Origin: Stylophora pistillata
Lineage: Eukaryota
NCBI RefSeq assembly: GCF_002571385.2
Contig: NW_019217929.1
Span: 331,871-395,870 of the forward strand
DNA length: 64,000 nt
Reading direction: 5' to 3'
Made by a program: the position numbers and the translations under genes. Positions 30,958 through 45,500 of this stretch are shown one piece after another; the first letter of the stretch is position 1; each line of letters begins with the position of its first letter. The notes below the pieces were generated by a model. It made no database searches. It saw nothing but the letters and a program-made list of their open reading frames with translations, and was not told where the DNA came from.

Positions 30958-33900
30958 ATGAGGGACCGATTACAGGCCTTAAAAGGCGCGGTGAGTCTAT
31001 ATTCAAGTATCATAGAAGCGGAAATTTTTTTAAACTAGTCTGTTTCTTTTAATTATTTCACACAGAGTACGAGCCTCTTTCGATTCAATTGATCTATGTA
31101 GCATTCGTAACATATTGGAGATTTGATCAATTTACAGTATCAACACTGTGTTTTTCACAGGGAAATGTCGACGATGAGGATCCACAAGATTATGATGAAC
31201 CTTCGACTATTATTAATGTGGAAAATACTTTTATGGATAATTTTTTCCAAACCGTAAGTTTTTCTTCACTACTGTCTAAGGTTCAACTTGCACTTTCAAG
31301 ATTGCTCGTGAGAAATATTGGTATTGCTATTTCGTGTTCAATCATTTTATTCTTCCACTTGAAGGTGGCTATAGTACGAACAAACATTGATAAAATATCA
31401 CAAGATGTGGAACAAGTTAAGAAAATGCACAGTGCTATGCTGTCCGCAGCAGTACAAGATCAAGGTATCTATATAAGAGAAAAAAAAAAACATTACCAGT
31501 GCATGTGTAGAAATGGAAAGTCACTCGACCTTTTGTTCAGTAGGATAAAACAGTCTTCATATTTTTAGAGACCGTGCAATTCATGTTACGTAGAATATTG
31601 CTAAATATAATGTTGATTTTTGTACAGTGGAATGTTGAAAGTTGTAAAAGGAAGTGTTTAATTTACATTGGTATGTTAGAGTACGTATGATAATTTATTT
31701 TAGGCAGGTCCACATTTACATACAATGGCAGCTTTTTGCTGCCATTGTATGTAACTTAACCTGCTTTACCAAATAAATGTATGTATGTAACTTCATGTTT
31801 TGTTTCTCACAGGGTGAGAAATCGAGTTTGTACCTGTTGATGTAAAAAATATTCAGAAAAATACAATTTTGTCTTTTTTACCACTGAAGTACTCTATTTG
31901 TTATTCACTTGACAAAACATTTGTTTCAACATGTAATGTTAGAAACCTTTTATTTTAGCTAGATTTTATTTAACACTTTTCTCCAAGGGGTGACCAAAAG
32001 GGAATTTCTCCTTACAATTGAAAGACAATTTCAGAATAAACTCAGTGACAAGAATGCAGAGAAAATGTCAAACAGGGAATGTTGTATGATTCAATGATTA
32101 ACTGGAGCTTAAATGTCACAAAGTGTCTGGCAAACAGTAAAAAAAATCATGGGAGTGAAATGGTTAAAAAAAAAGGTGTGAAGTGTCAATAATGTTTATA
32201 TGTTTTCAAAGTTGTTCAAAATCATAACTCTTTTTCCATACTATTTTGGACTAATGTGATAAAACTTATTCCATGGGGATGTTTAAAGGAAGCAATAATT
32301 AAAAATAAACTGAAGTTCCAAAAGATTTTAAATTAGATGATTCTGACAGGTTAAGAAATGTTAGACATGAACAAACCACCAAGGCTTAATTTGTGGATTT
32401 ATAAACACTAACTTCTCTGTTTATCTGGCATTTTAGAGGTAAAAGAAGAACTGGAAAGACTGATGGTAGATGTTAAGAAGACTAGTAATCTAGTCAGAGT
32501 GAAATTGAAAGGTAAAGATTTGGTACTTCTCTAGTGTTACAATTGTAATTAGGGTGGTAAAGTTGTCAACAACTAAACCAAAAGAGTTTGAATGTAGACA
32601 TTGTCCACCATAAGACTCTCTTCTCTTTCTCCTCGTCTGTTCGCCTTCACATTTGGTCTCTGTGATTGTCAAGTGAGATTTAAGAAATCAGAGATTGGAG
32701 CCAAACTATGGGAGCAAACATGGTGACATCCTTCACCATGTTTACACCAAAAGCATGACTGCATTCTTCCTTATATATGAACACACATGTTGCCTACAAT
32801 CTCCCTTGTCACCAGAGGAAGACCAAAGATTCAACATGAACTGAACTGTCAGAGTTTATATTAAAGGAGTTTGGGAATAAAGAATGTGAACACAATTGCA
32901 ATAATTTCCTTAGGACTTTGTTTAAAAATTAGGGACATCAGGAAATAACTATAATAATATTATTATTTTAAGATCATGTCTTATTTTCAAAAGACAGATT
33001 CAGGGCTCAACACTAATAGTAGCCAACTAGCCATAGACTAGTAGAAATTCAGTTTTGGCAAGTGATTTTCGGTTTCCACTTGCGAGTTTGGCTAGTAAAC
33101 AAACTGAAATTGCTGTAACATTTAAGTTGTCACCCTCCACTTGGCTAACAAGTTGAAAAGTTTGTGTCAAGCCCTGCAGGTTATTATTTAAAATACTTTT
33201 TATCACTCATTCAGTGTTTTGTGCTCTGATTAAGAAATGGAACACAGTATAAACCAGCAAGACCAGGATGCAGGTTATAATAACTATGCTGAAGCCAGGA
33301 TAAGAAGATGCCAGGTTAATACATATATCTTATTAACCCAGCGCGAGGGCCGTACTTGGAGAATATCGGCCCGAGGTCTAGACAGTACGGACCGAGTGCA
33401 GCGAGGTCACAACAAAAAAGACCGAGGGCCGATATTCTTCCAGTATGGTCCCGAGCAAGCTTGGTTAATAAGACATTTATTATATGACTGAAGTTCAAAG
33501 GGACACAAGTGGGGTATCATTTGGTACCATTCGGGACAGTGCCCGGTCCAATACTGAGAGAATATTGATCGGCAATAGAGCATTTTGATTGGTTGATTTT
33601 AGTCATTGGCCCTCTGACTGCCCCAGAGGTGTAATAAATCTTGTTATTTATTGATATTGTGCTCTGCATTGAAGTCTTTCCTGAATACATATTTACCTTT
33701 ACACCTGTTCATTAGCAGTAATAAAACAATGAAGTTCGCATTCTTGAGAATAAATATGTTTTGGGTCTGAATCATTTTACCCTGGCAGCTATAGTTAAAG
33801 ATTAAAATGATTCTGAGAAGGGCCCAAAATATATAATATACCCCAGAATATAAACTGCATTACTGTTATTGTTACTTTGGAGGGAATTGAGAGAATAAAA

Positions 33901-36900
33901 ACTGAAAAATAAGACAGCAAAACAATCTATTTATTGGGCTAAAATGTATTTTGCTGACCAAATTCTCCATTTGAGCCTGCAAAATGTGCCACAATGTCTC
34001 GCAAAGTGATAATAATATGGAAAATTTTAGCTTACAGAATTAGTAAGAAAATTGTCAACTCTGACCCACATTTCAAATCCATTATAATTTTTAATTTTCC
34101 TATTTTTATGCCAATTAACAAAAGTTAAAATTACTTTTAATNAATATATATATATATATATAGATTTTAGCATTCTACATTAGCAAGAAAATTTGTAGAA
34201 GTGATGAGTGACTATAACACGACCCAGTCTGATTACAGAGAGAAATGCAAAGCAAGGATTCAGCGGCAGCTGGAAATAAGTATGACGATTGTTAGCCCTT
34301 AAACTCGCAGAAGTGATTAGTATGTAACTTCTCCCTTTAAGATCCATAAATTATATAACCAATCCATGAAAAGTCCACTATGTGATAAAATTTGAAAATA
34401 TTTGCTTGGTCTCTTTCCTTGTTGTAGTTTGTTGAGGTATTTTAAGAAGATTAGATTGTAGTTTCATGATATTTCTCCTGGTTAGTTTATTAAGTTAGCC
34501 CTGACTTTTGGCACAAGACCCCAGTTTTCTGAGCTTAGCTTCAAACATCTCTAATGTGAGCTGTTTTTGAAAGCCTTGAGATTTTAAAGCATGTGTATGA
34601 AATTGGTTTTAAGTGTAAACTGATATTGGTATTTTTAACTCTCACCTGACAATTAGCTGGAAAAGCTAAGACATACGAGGAAGTAGAGGAAATGTTGGAG
34701 GGTGGAGATCCAGCGATTTTTACTTCAGATGTAAGTATGAAGAACACTGAGCTCTTTAATTGTATTTTTTTACAATAACTATTGAAAAAGTCTCCTCATA
34801 AATTATTTGTTACAGTCTGCCTTTTTTCCTTTCATAGTCCTTGATTGGTTCCTTTGAATACTTTTGTTTTGGTGTATAAGGACACTCAATCAAAATGCTT
34901 TCTAGTAAATGTCATTATAACTCTTTGGTATTGAATAATCATGTTTCTATTGTTTATATATAGATTGTGATAGAGACTCAACAAGCAAGACAAGCCTTGG
35001 GAGATATAGAAGCTAGACACAGAGATATTATCAATTTAGAAAAAAGTATTCAGGTACTTAAAATAGCTTTGTGAAATATCCTTTCTAAACAGTCTGTGAA
35101 TTGGACCAGGAATGAGGTACGTGATCTGCATGAATGCAGAATTATGGATTTTTATCATTGTCATTAATTGTCAGAGTCAGGATCATTTTTGTCATCAGAT
35201 CACTTCTTGTAGTATAGACCTCTTTCACAATTGCACACATGATTATCATTCTTTTGTTTGTATGGAAAACAGCCTTGTTGGCCTTGCATTGGAAATTTCA
35301 GTTGATTTAAGACAGAAAGGGTCATGTACACGAAAATGAAATAATATCAGACAGGACTTCCATTTATGAAAGAAATCTATGGTTTATGCTTGGTTGTCTA
35401 ATATTTCATGTGGAAGTGATATATGGTGCTATTTTTGTTTTTCTCTCAAGGAACTTCATGATATGTTTGTTGACATGGCCATGTTGGTTGATAGCCAGGT
35501 AAGTTAGGTGTTCAACACTTAACATGATCAAATTGTTCAAAGATTGCAAAGTCAATGCATGAGTGGGCTGTTGTTGATAAGTTTTTTTTTTTTTGCTGAT
35601 CCAATGACTGAGACAAACTGACCAGGAGTATTTCAATTTGCTATTGGATGGGGTGCTAGTCCATCACTGGGTTACCTCTTAACTAAATGGACAGATCTCT
35701 ATCTGGTGGACAGCACTGTATATTTTTGCTATCACACATGGTATCTGCTGGATGGTATTATCTGCCCATTATACAACTGGGCCCTGGAAGTAGAGAAGTA
35801 CAGTGAGAGTAAAGTGTCTTGTCCAAGAACACAATTTATTACATTGCTCACAGTGCCCATGGGCAAGATGAAGTGAATCCTGTGATCTGATTGGCTACTG
35901 GAGCAGGCTAGATAGGCCCATCTTGCCTGCTCGGGATTGCCCATATCAACTCCATGCATGAAAAAATTGAATTAGAACTACATTTCATAATTCTTGTACA
36001 GTGTCGGCGATGGAAACGCAAAAAGCGGCAGAAGATAGTCAAAACAAAGAAAACAGAAACGACTTTCATGCGTTTGTGGTGCTACAAACACAGTTGGCTT
36101 TCTTTCCCAACTCTCGAAGTTAACAAGTCATTCCTAATTCCTAAAAAAGGGGAATCTTTTTGCAATGTAATAAATCCTTTATTAACCAAGCTTGTTCGGT
36201 CAAGATGGCTGAATGATAGCCTCACTCTTTTTTTGTATTTTTATGGACCTCAACTTTGTCTTGGCCATAAAAATGCAAAAAAAAAAGAACTCAGCCAATA
36301 TCCAGCCAACTTGACCTCACACTTGGTTAATAACCCATATATACTGCCCTGGCCAGGTCTCTGAGACGTGCATGCCAACCACTGCACCTTTTTGCATTTA
36401 ATTTAGTAAGGTTAATAGAAAAAGTAAGCATTTAGGTGTTTACCCTTTAGCTCCTATGAGTGACCGAGATTAAATTTCTACCTTCATCATCAATACAATA
36501 TCAAATAAACAAGTGATGATTGAGAATAAAGAAAAATTTGAATTGGGATTATTTGTAGTTGATCCAGTGCCAATTTCTCCAAACTAACATGATGAGAATT
36601 GTATGGCAGACAGTAAGAAGAATCACTGATGAGATCTTTAGAATGAAAGAGTTAAGTATCAGGCAAGCATAAAATGGCATCAAGGGTTGACTTACAATAT
36701 CCTGCTCAAGATGTATCCTTCCATTTCTGTGCATTTACTTCCTGCTTAATGCTGTTATGCTATTTTATTGGCAGGGAGAGATGATCGACAGAATTGAGTA
36801 CAATGTAGAACAAGCGGTTGACTTTGTACAATCAGCTAAAAGTGACACCAAAAAAGCTGTCAAGTATCAAAGTAAAGCAAGGCGGGTGAGTATCATTAAT

Positions 36901-37982
36901 TGTAGTTTTGTCTTTGTTCAGTTAATCGAATTCAAGATCAAAGGTTGTTAACAATCTTACAGGGCTTGACACTAATGGTAGCCAACTAGCCATAGACTAG
37001 TAGAAATTCAGTTTTGGCAAGTGGGTTTTTATTTCCACCAGCCAGTTTGGCTAGTAAACAAACTGAAATTGTTGTAGCATCTACGTTGTCACCAGCCACT
37101 TGGCTAGTAAGTTGAAAAGTTAGTGTCGAGCCTAAAATCTCTTTATGTATTCTCCTGCCAGTCTGAAACTACCTCCAGGATGGGGGTGAATAGGGGTAAT
37201 ACAAATCTGCTGATCCGCTACGATTTGACAATCAGAATCTGTTCGCTACTTGTCTGGTCAAAAGGTGGAAAATGCACCTTGAGCTGTTGTGTGTTAGCTA
37301 GGCAATGGCTTTCCCATCGAGTGAATCTCAAGCTGTGGGGTAAAGTGTCATGGATAAGGGCGTGAACACAGCAGACATCCCAGTGGGTTACTATTTCCCT
37401 GATGCGTGACATGAAAAGAGTCTCATCCGTGACAAAAAAATACACATCCTCAGAAAACAATGCATTTCTGACGTTCGTTCAGATCCATGATTCAAACTTC
37501 CTCACAAGCAAAATCCAAAATCCGAATCTAAAAAATCGACAAAACTGCAAACCGTTGCAATTTCAGGATCTGCCAAGCCGTTAAAATTTTGCTCAATCCG
37601 AAATCCGGGCAAAATAATTCTCAGAATCAGCCCATCCATTAGCCTATTCATCCCCCTCCCCCAGAAAGCAAGAGTGTCTGAATAAAGTTTTAACTATTTG
37701 ACCCCAAAGAGTGACTAACATCTGATTTGTCCTCACACTATCACCCATTAAGGTCAAGAGAATAAAGGAAATGATCACCAACTAAAGAAAAAATTCTCCT
37801 TGTCAGCACCTTAGGAAAAGTATAGAGAACAGTATGGAGAATATGGAGACTGATTTTAGAGTGTAAAGGGTAACTAACTGTCAAATGTTTTTATTTGCCA
37901 ACAGAAAAAAATCATGATCATCATCTGTCTAGTTGTTTTAGTGGCTATACTTGTCACTATAGTAGTGATTCTCACAAACTAG
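30958..37982 (+). CDS. STX1A: Syntaxin-1-like plasma-membrane Qa-SNARE (11 coding exons)
   Basis: Exons 30958-30990, 31161-31253, 31365-31464, 32437-32511, 33235-33314, 34171-34279, 34657-34730, 34964-35053, 35451-35498, 36775-36885, 37905-37982. N-peptide [29 protein letters not shown] motif [55 protein letters not shown] plus a C-terminal TM helix. Confidence 0.93.
33001..33176. mobile_element. ~175-bp MITE (CAGGGCT...AGCCCTG ends, hAT-like)
   Basis: Inverted ends cagggctcaacac / gtgtcaagccctg. Second copy at 36960-37132. Confidence 0.75.
33318..33637. mobile_element. Copy of the ~320-bp hairpin repeat, starting 3 nt after a splice donor
   Basis: Highly similar to 14446-14765. Confidence 0.85.
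35833..36342. mobile_element. Dispersed repeat with terminal hairpin
   Basis: ttattaaccaagcttgttcggtcaagatggctg...cagccaacttgacctcacacttggttaataa hairpin, resembling the ends of the 14446 family. Confidence 0.5.
36960..37132. mobile_element. Second copy of the 33001 MITE
   Basis: cagggcttgacactaatggtagccaactagccatagactagtagaaattcagttttggcaagtg... is near-identical to 33001-33176. Confidence 0.8.
37690..37873. mobile_element. MITE of the 904-1105 family
   Basis: Shared core gagaataaaggaaatgatcaccaactaaag...ttctccttgtcagcaccttaggaaa...gtgtaaagggt. Confidence 0.8.
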
Positions 37983-38700
37983 GTAAGGTTTCCAGCTGGA
38001 GGGATATGTAGAGCTCTACATGTTATGCATTTTACATGTACAGTAGACTCCCAAAAACTCCAACCTTCAAGGGAAGTTGAAAAAGAATCAAGTCATCAGG
38101 AGTTGAAGATAAAGGCACTGTTACAGTTACAGTGTACCCTAAACCATCAAAACCTGAACTGGACTGACAAATTTTGTATACTGCAAAATAGGACAAAGAT
38201 TTATGTCTGCTTCAAAATGAATTACGGTTTTGAACTGTAGTACACTGTTTTGTTTTGATTTGCAAGGTATTAACAGATGTGGTTTGACATGGTTTGATTT
38301 ATTGAGGATTAAAAATATTTAGAACATAGCTAGCAGAGCTGCGCAGTCAAATTCATTAAACGTAAGCGTGCTCAAAATCCCGATAGTGCATGCTGATAGC
38401 ATCAGCAAATCGCTTCGCCAGAAAATTTTTTTTTGTGCGAGCAGCCATTGTTAGCACGGGGAAAAATAATCTATATTGTGACAATAATGGATACAAACAG
38501 AGACTCGGCCAACTAGTCCCAAAGCAAATACAATTTTTTCACCTTTTCCTTTGGGCTAGAGTTCTTAAATGAGGCAGAGAAAGAGAAAAACAATGGAAAA
38601 AGGAGACTCGGCATCAGCGCCGTCACGATTCGCTTCAATTTATATTGTTGTCCGTTTTTCGTGTCAGATTTGATGCACAATTCCACCGGCTATGTTTTAA

Positions 38701-38888
38701 AACAATTGGTTCATGCTTTAGCATGCACTATCGAGTTATGAAGCACGTGGGAAGTTTGGAGAGCACTCAACAAGCTAGAGTTGCCCTCGGCTATAGCCTC
38801 GGGAAACTCTTACGCTTCTTTCGAGGTCTCCAAACTTCCCACGTGCTCCATAACTCGATAGTGCACGCTAAAGCATGAACCAATTGTT
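38701..38888. mobile_element. Near-perfect palindromic MITE
   Basis: aacaattggttcatgctttagc[a/g]tgcactatcgagttatg[a/g]agcacgtgggaagtttggaga is mirrored at the right end. Confidence 0.85.
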
Positions 38889-41800
38889 AAGTAAAGAATG
38901 ACTTTTGACATTCATTTTGAGCTAAAAGAAGGTTTGAGTAATTGAGGGTTCCAGTTACCTACAGTAGGGTAAATTTGCAGTAAATGAATGACAGAAATCA
39001 ATGGGAAATTTGTATTGGCCCAAGGTTGTGCAAGCTTCAAGTTAGGAGGGGTTCGAGTTATCAGGACTCAAATGTGGTTAAAAAACTGTTTTAATATGAT
39101 TGCATTGATATCCATGATATCATTATTGTCCTGATTGGTGCTTAATCATTTTATTTGAACTTGATCAATTAATCTTGAGTTCTTTATTTTTGTTTCTCTT
39201 TTTCAGAATTTGTAACATTTAGTATTTGTTTTTATATGGTTCAAATATCTCCATAATATTAATGTAATGAAATAGATAAATGGGGCTTGATAGACCACCA
39301 AGTAATGACTGGATGGAAGGAACCATAAATAACATTTTAAATTTGGACTGTAAATATTTTCATCTGTTACATTAAGTGTCGCTGGACTTTGACAGGCCCA
39401 GACAGTGTATTATCACCTAAATGCTACCATAAAAAGTTAAAAACTGCAAATAAATCTTTAAACAGACGGCAAATAGCATTATCCCAGAGAGCAAAGTATT
39501 TTTTCAAGTTCTTTTGTTTTTTTTTTTTTCCTGTGTGATTTTGTCAGATGTTCTAGATTTATGGACCACACCCTTTTACTCTCATACGTACAGTTTCTTC
39601 CTTGGTTGGGTCAGCTTTTTTTTTAGATTTTCAAATTCAAATCAATTATTCTTGTGTTTACTATGGCATTAAAATTTCAAATTCCTAGTAAACTTATTTC
39701 TCAGTGCTTTGTATAAGCTGAAGACAGGGTTTTTAACTGAGGTATCTATTCAACTGCACAAGTGTTGAGTGTTTTTTGCCATTCCACCAAGGGTGCTTTG
39801 AAGCTCATTGCACATTTGCTAATACTTCCAGATTATCCAAAAGTCTCTCAAATATAGAATCACTTTCCCTGTTGTTAAAAGAAATGACAAGAGCATCAAT
39901 GATTAAGATGTGTTGAGCTGAAGGTAGTTTTGTGTGAGAAAGAAGAGTTCAACCCAAGGGGAAGAATCGATTCAGGACAAAAATATACTTTTGTGCCAGT
40001 AATACTATCCCTCTGGTCAAGTTAAGTATTTTGGAAATCTAGAAAACTCTTAAGACGTTTTAGCCTTGACCTTTTGATTAATGGTGAAGAGCAGAAACAC
40101 AAGATTTGAGAATGTAGACAACTGAAAATTCATTTTAGACCCACCCATTTATTTGCTCTTGAAACTATTTTTATTGAACTTGACTATTGCAATGTGTAAT
40201 TAAAAATTAATATTTTATAATAGGATATGTTTAGCTTAAAGGGGGAGGGGTATTCCAAAAACCAACCTCCTCTGTGTTTTTCTTGCTATTGTGATCCTTT
40301 AACTCCCAAGCTGATTGGTGGACAAATTCTTGTTTCTAGCTTCTCATCTCCTTTCAAATTAGCTATGAGAATGCAGTGTTGTAATAAGGAAACCACCTCC
40401 AGCTGATGAGATGACCTTTTTCTCCTTCCTTGTTTGCGAGACATTGTACAAAGTGTTGTAGAGAGAAGGCACTCATTAACTATTCTGGTAATGAAAGGAA
40501 TGAATACTTAGTTTTATCTAACAATTTTTCACCAAGATGGAGGTGAATTGTGGTAGATATTTACCTCGCCATGAAGCGGCAAGGTAAATATCCACCATTT
40601 TTGCCAACACTTAGGTAAATAACAGTCTAAGTATATACCACACAGAAACCAAAAGAATTAGTTTATTTGGTTCACACTACTAAAAGATATTAATTTAAAG
40701 TTTCATATTTTAGCCATCACTTATCAGTCAATGGTTAACTTAGAAAGTTAAATTCTATCATGGCAGATTGGCCTGTTAGAACTTTATGCTATTTTAGGAA
40801 ATGTTAAGGCCATGCACATAATTTCTATTGACAGTCACTCGTTGAAATCTAATTTACTTATATTAAGTTTAGTTCTTGGAAATAAAGCCAGACTACCTAA
40901 TGTCACTAAGGAGAAATTCTGATCTGCATTCTTGGCATTTCAGAAAACCTTACGCTTCTCAGATTATCGATGTTTTATTTCTGTAATGAAAGTCAATTAA
41001 GTTAAGATCAGAGTGTTAAGGCTTGATTGCTTGTGGGTCTCTTGGTCTAATTCAAGGAGGGGGACTGAACAGAGTAAAGGAGCTATTACATGTAACTATG
41101 AAGCATTTGAAGTTGTGAAATAAATTATTTTAATTTTGTATTTACCAAGCATAGTATTGGTGATGTTTTGAGTTTGGGATATTTGGAGTCATGTTCTGCT
41201 GGAAGGCACTGTCAGAAGAAGGCTTTAAACAACTTTTTTTAATAAATATCGACTCCTCGACTAGAAAAATCATCCCTCTGACAGAAATGTCAGCTTTAGA
41301 ACTTGTTTACAGTGGCCAATTTACATAACTAACTCAGCTGCTAAAATCAAATTATCTCTTAATTTATTCTACCCACAAATTATTAACAACTTACAAGTGG
41401 TGAAACCAGGCCTTGAGCTAAGGGGGTCTCCATTTTTGTTTGTGTGTGTTCACTTGCCAGCTTTTCTTCCTTCTGCATTTATTTTTTTACCCAAAATAAT
41501 GGGGGCAGGGGCCCCCACACCCCTCCCTTAGGTCTGCCACTGCTTACTCCCTTTCGAAGACCTTTTTATATTGAACATTTTCCTTCAATTTAACCTTGTA
41601 ATAGTCCAATAAGCTACGGGCTATGCAATGTCACTAAACACATTTTGCTAATGTGGTGTGCAGTCGTAAACAGTCTGTCTGCATTACTTACTGTAAATCC
41701 TCTATTAAGCCCCTCAGGGGACTTAGTTATTTCAGGAACTTTGGGGGGTGGTTTTTTATTAGAGGATTGATGGAAAGAACCTCTTGTCAAAGTCAGATTA

Positions 41801-42544
41801 TTTAAACCCCTTTCTGTCAGAATTCTGCCATTAAATCACTCAGGAAAACGGTAATGAGGAGTCTTAATTTTCACCAGTGTTTTCAGCCATGGATGATACC
41901 CACAACAGCATAAAAAAGTATGGTTTTTTTGTTTTTTGTTTTACAAAATCATTCATTGGTGTAGACTAGGGCTGAATTGCAAATAAACTAATAAAATACT
42001 GGATACAAACTCCATATCAATCATCCCTTTATTACAGCATTCTAGGAATTCATAACAGCTAGTTTCTAAGCACATTAAGATATATTAAAATCCTATTCCA
42101 GGTTTTCATAATTGTTATCATGCCATGGGAATATATTACACAGTGAGTACATTGCTTTGGGTTCTAGACATAAATTTTTCATCTGCTAATGATTTCATTA
42201 ATAGCAAAAAAAAAAAAGGCCTTGTCTGGCTTCATGATGTGACATGCTCCATACCCCATCAAGAACATATTTTGTGTCAAGGTTAAACAATGCCTGCAGT
42301 GCAGACCAGAAACTAAGGCAGCTGGCTATTGAGCCTACCAGCCTTCATACAAGTTTTTCCAGGGGAAGGGGGAGGGGGTTGGGGGACTGGAAGCTTCCTT
42401 GCAGCCCATAAACCAAATGCAAACTCTCTGGAAGTCTCATGAGAAGAGCAATGAAGTAGAATTTTGACATATCTGGCTGTGCAATTCGAAACTCATGGGC
42501 CACAATTGCTACAATCTATTTCTCTTTGCAGGATTTATTTTCTT

Positions 42545-45500
42545 TTATTTCTCAGGCAGATATTTCTTCTCAGCTTCCTTCAATTCATCATCTTTTTGAA
42601 GACGGAAAACCTCCTTTACTGCTGCAATCTGTGTTGAAAAAGAGTGTTGTTCACCAATCATTCAAACTAAAGATTTGTACTCAGAAACTGCTTCAGGTGG
42701 CTGAGTGGTTGGCGTGATGGGCTACCAATTGTGAGGTTTGGCTTCAAGCCCTGGCAAGGTCATTGTGTTGTGTTGTTCAAGATCTCATTGGTAATTCTCC
42801 TAACTGTCTGCCATACAATTCTTATAGTCGTTGTTTGAAGAATTTGGTATTGGATCAACTAATAATCCTCTAATTGATATTTTTCTTTGTTCTCATTACT
42901 TGTCTGCTTGATATTGTAATAAATTGTAAAGAGAAATTCTTTCTTGGTCACTCATGGGTACTAAAGGGGTTAAGACACTCAAGTTACCCCATGTTGCAGT
43001 ACCCCACTTGTACTCATGGCCCACTCAGCTACAAGACTTAACCTCCCCTCCACCACCCCTCCCACACTATTTCACCCTCTTTTACTTTTTCAAACACTTC
43101 TCTTAACCCTTGATAGTGACTAGCATCTAATTTCTCCTTACAGTATCACCCCTGAATCACACATTGACGTCATTAAATTAAGGAACTAATTCCCAACTGA
43201 AGAAGCACTTGATTGTTATTAAACAAATTCTCCTAGTCAACACCTTGGGAAATATATAGAGCACCGTATGGAGAATATGCATACTGATGTTAGGGTGTAA
43301 AGGTTTAATACCTCACCTTGTTTTCAACATTAACTAATGACTGGTCTTTGTAGATTTGTTGTGTGGTGTTCTGCATTGCTGTTATTGATGCCCTCAAATT
43401 ATGATTGGCCCAGATCACAAGAGACACACCCCAGTCCCTGAACTGGTCTGTCGGCACGGTGTAATACTTTGTTGGTACAATCACAACTGGACCCTGTCAA
43501 TAACAGTCACAAGATAAACCTGGTTAAAACCGTTCTCTGAAACATTTTAGTTTCTCTTGAGGTTTAATCAAAGAACAACCCTTAGAACCTTAGAACCACA
43601 TGAAACCCTTATCAGAAATTGCTCCTTCTTTGAAACCATAAGCAGAACTAAGATTTCTAAAAAAAAAAGGGAGGGAGAGAGGGGGTCATAATTATGAATT
43701 TCCTTGCAACTCTGCTCTACCATGTGATGAGATGGACCATTAAATGGAGCATCTGGCAATGAAAAAGGTTTCTGCCATGCAGATTCTTGAGATTCACATG
43801 CTTTCATCCCCAGAATTATACAGTTAAATTGTAAGTTGTGGACTGAGAACAATTATCTTGTTAGGAGGGGTCAGGGGTATCATTATGATATGGCAGTAGA
43901 TGTGAGATTGGGTAATTTTCCAGCTTGAAATCGATTTTCCTTCAAATATTAAATTTTGTAAACTGTCATCAATGCACCTGGTTTTTCCAAGCTTTCATGA
44001 AAGCCTCAATGTCTGAAGGATCAGATTTCTTGCTGTGCATCAAGATGGCATCAGCCCCAGCATTACGGTATGCTTCTGATCTTCTAAGAGCTTCATCCAA
44101 GCCCCACCCAGCAATAAAAGCTTCAACTCTTGCAACAATACTAAAATCTGGGTCTGTCTGTGTATCTAATAAAAGATCCAATACAACAAATTTAGCAGCA
44201 TATTTAGTTTATAATCACCCTGCAATTATTTTGAATATCGATTCTTACCAGTTATAAATACATGATCGCAATTTCTGGCTCTAGAATCTTACAAACAAAG
44301 ACAACAAATTTGCAGCTTTCTAGACACTCAGTCTTTCTACCAAACTTGGGCTGCACTCTTCAACATCACAGATGACTTCTTTCAAATTTTTTTATCATTA
44401 TGTAAACAATATTTAGGCTACTTTGAACAAAGCAATTTTGTTGCATTTACAAAAACGAGCTAGTTTTTCTGAGGTGGGTTGTAGTTCAAGGAAATGACAT
44501 GTTTTACATGTACTCAAATGGGGGAAGAAACTCTTCAAGTTGCCAGAGACTTGAAAACAGCTGTGTTTGTAGGGTAGGTGTAGCCTTGTCCTTGAAATAT
44601 ACCTTAAAGTTTGTAAGGCAACCACAAGTGAACAGAACTGAGCAGCACCGTTCGGAGCTTGTTCTTTTCCTCTACTTTGAACCCTTTGAGCTCTAAGAAT
44701 GACCAACATCTAATTTCTCCTTACAATATCACCCCTGAATCACATAGAAAGGTCATGAGAATAAAGGAAATAATCACTAACTAAAGAAGCTGTGATTGTT
44801 ACACATTTTCTCTTTTATGGGCACCTTGGGAAATGTATATAAAACTGTCTGGAGAATACGTATAAATTGATGTAAGGGTGTACTGTACCTTTGCAAGCTT
44901 TGATCTTTGCACAAAACTCATTGATATCAGCCAGTGGCTGTGCTCTGCCATCTAATAAAGAGTTTGTCTTTGGGAAAAGCTTGTCCTCAATACATGCTCC
45001 AGCAATACCTCTCTGTTCCAGTTTTGTCACCAACCGTCGAGCATTATTGAAGTTACCATATCCAGTATCAGCATCTAGTAATATTGGGATGTCTGTGGCA
45101 TCACTCATGAATTCCATTACTTCCATGACCTGTGTCCATGATGCTTCATTACTATCACGCACTCCTAACTGGGCAGAGATTGACAAACCACTACCCCAGA
45201 CACCTTTAAATCCTGCAAAATAATATCAACGCTGCATCATTAAATGAGAAACAAGACAGGGATTGTTGTAAACAAGCTCTGGCAAAAAAGTTATTGAAAC
45301 CACTGACAGTGCTAATGGAAGTTCAATCCTCACTCAATACCATTAATTTCAGAAAAAAAATAGGCAGCAATTTCACTTGATATTGATAGTGAACTTTTCC
45401 CATTACCAGCTCTCATTGAAATGCCTGACTGAGGTTACAACACGGAGGAGAAATGATAAAGTGATCTTGGAGGTGAAACCATCCTAAACACCTTGAGAAT

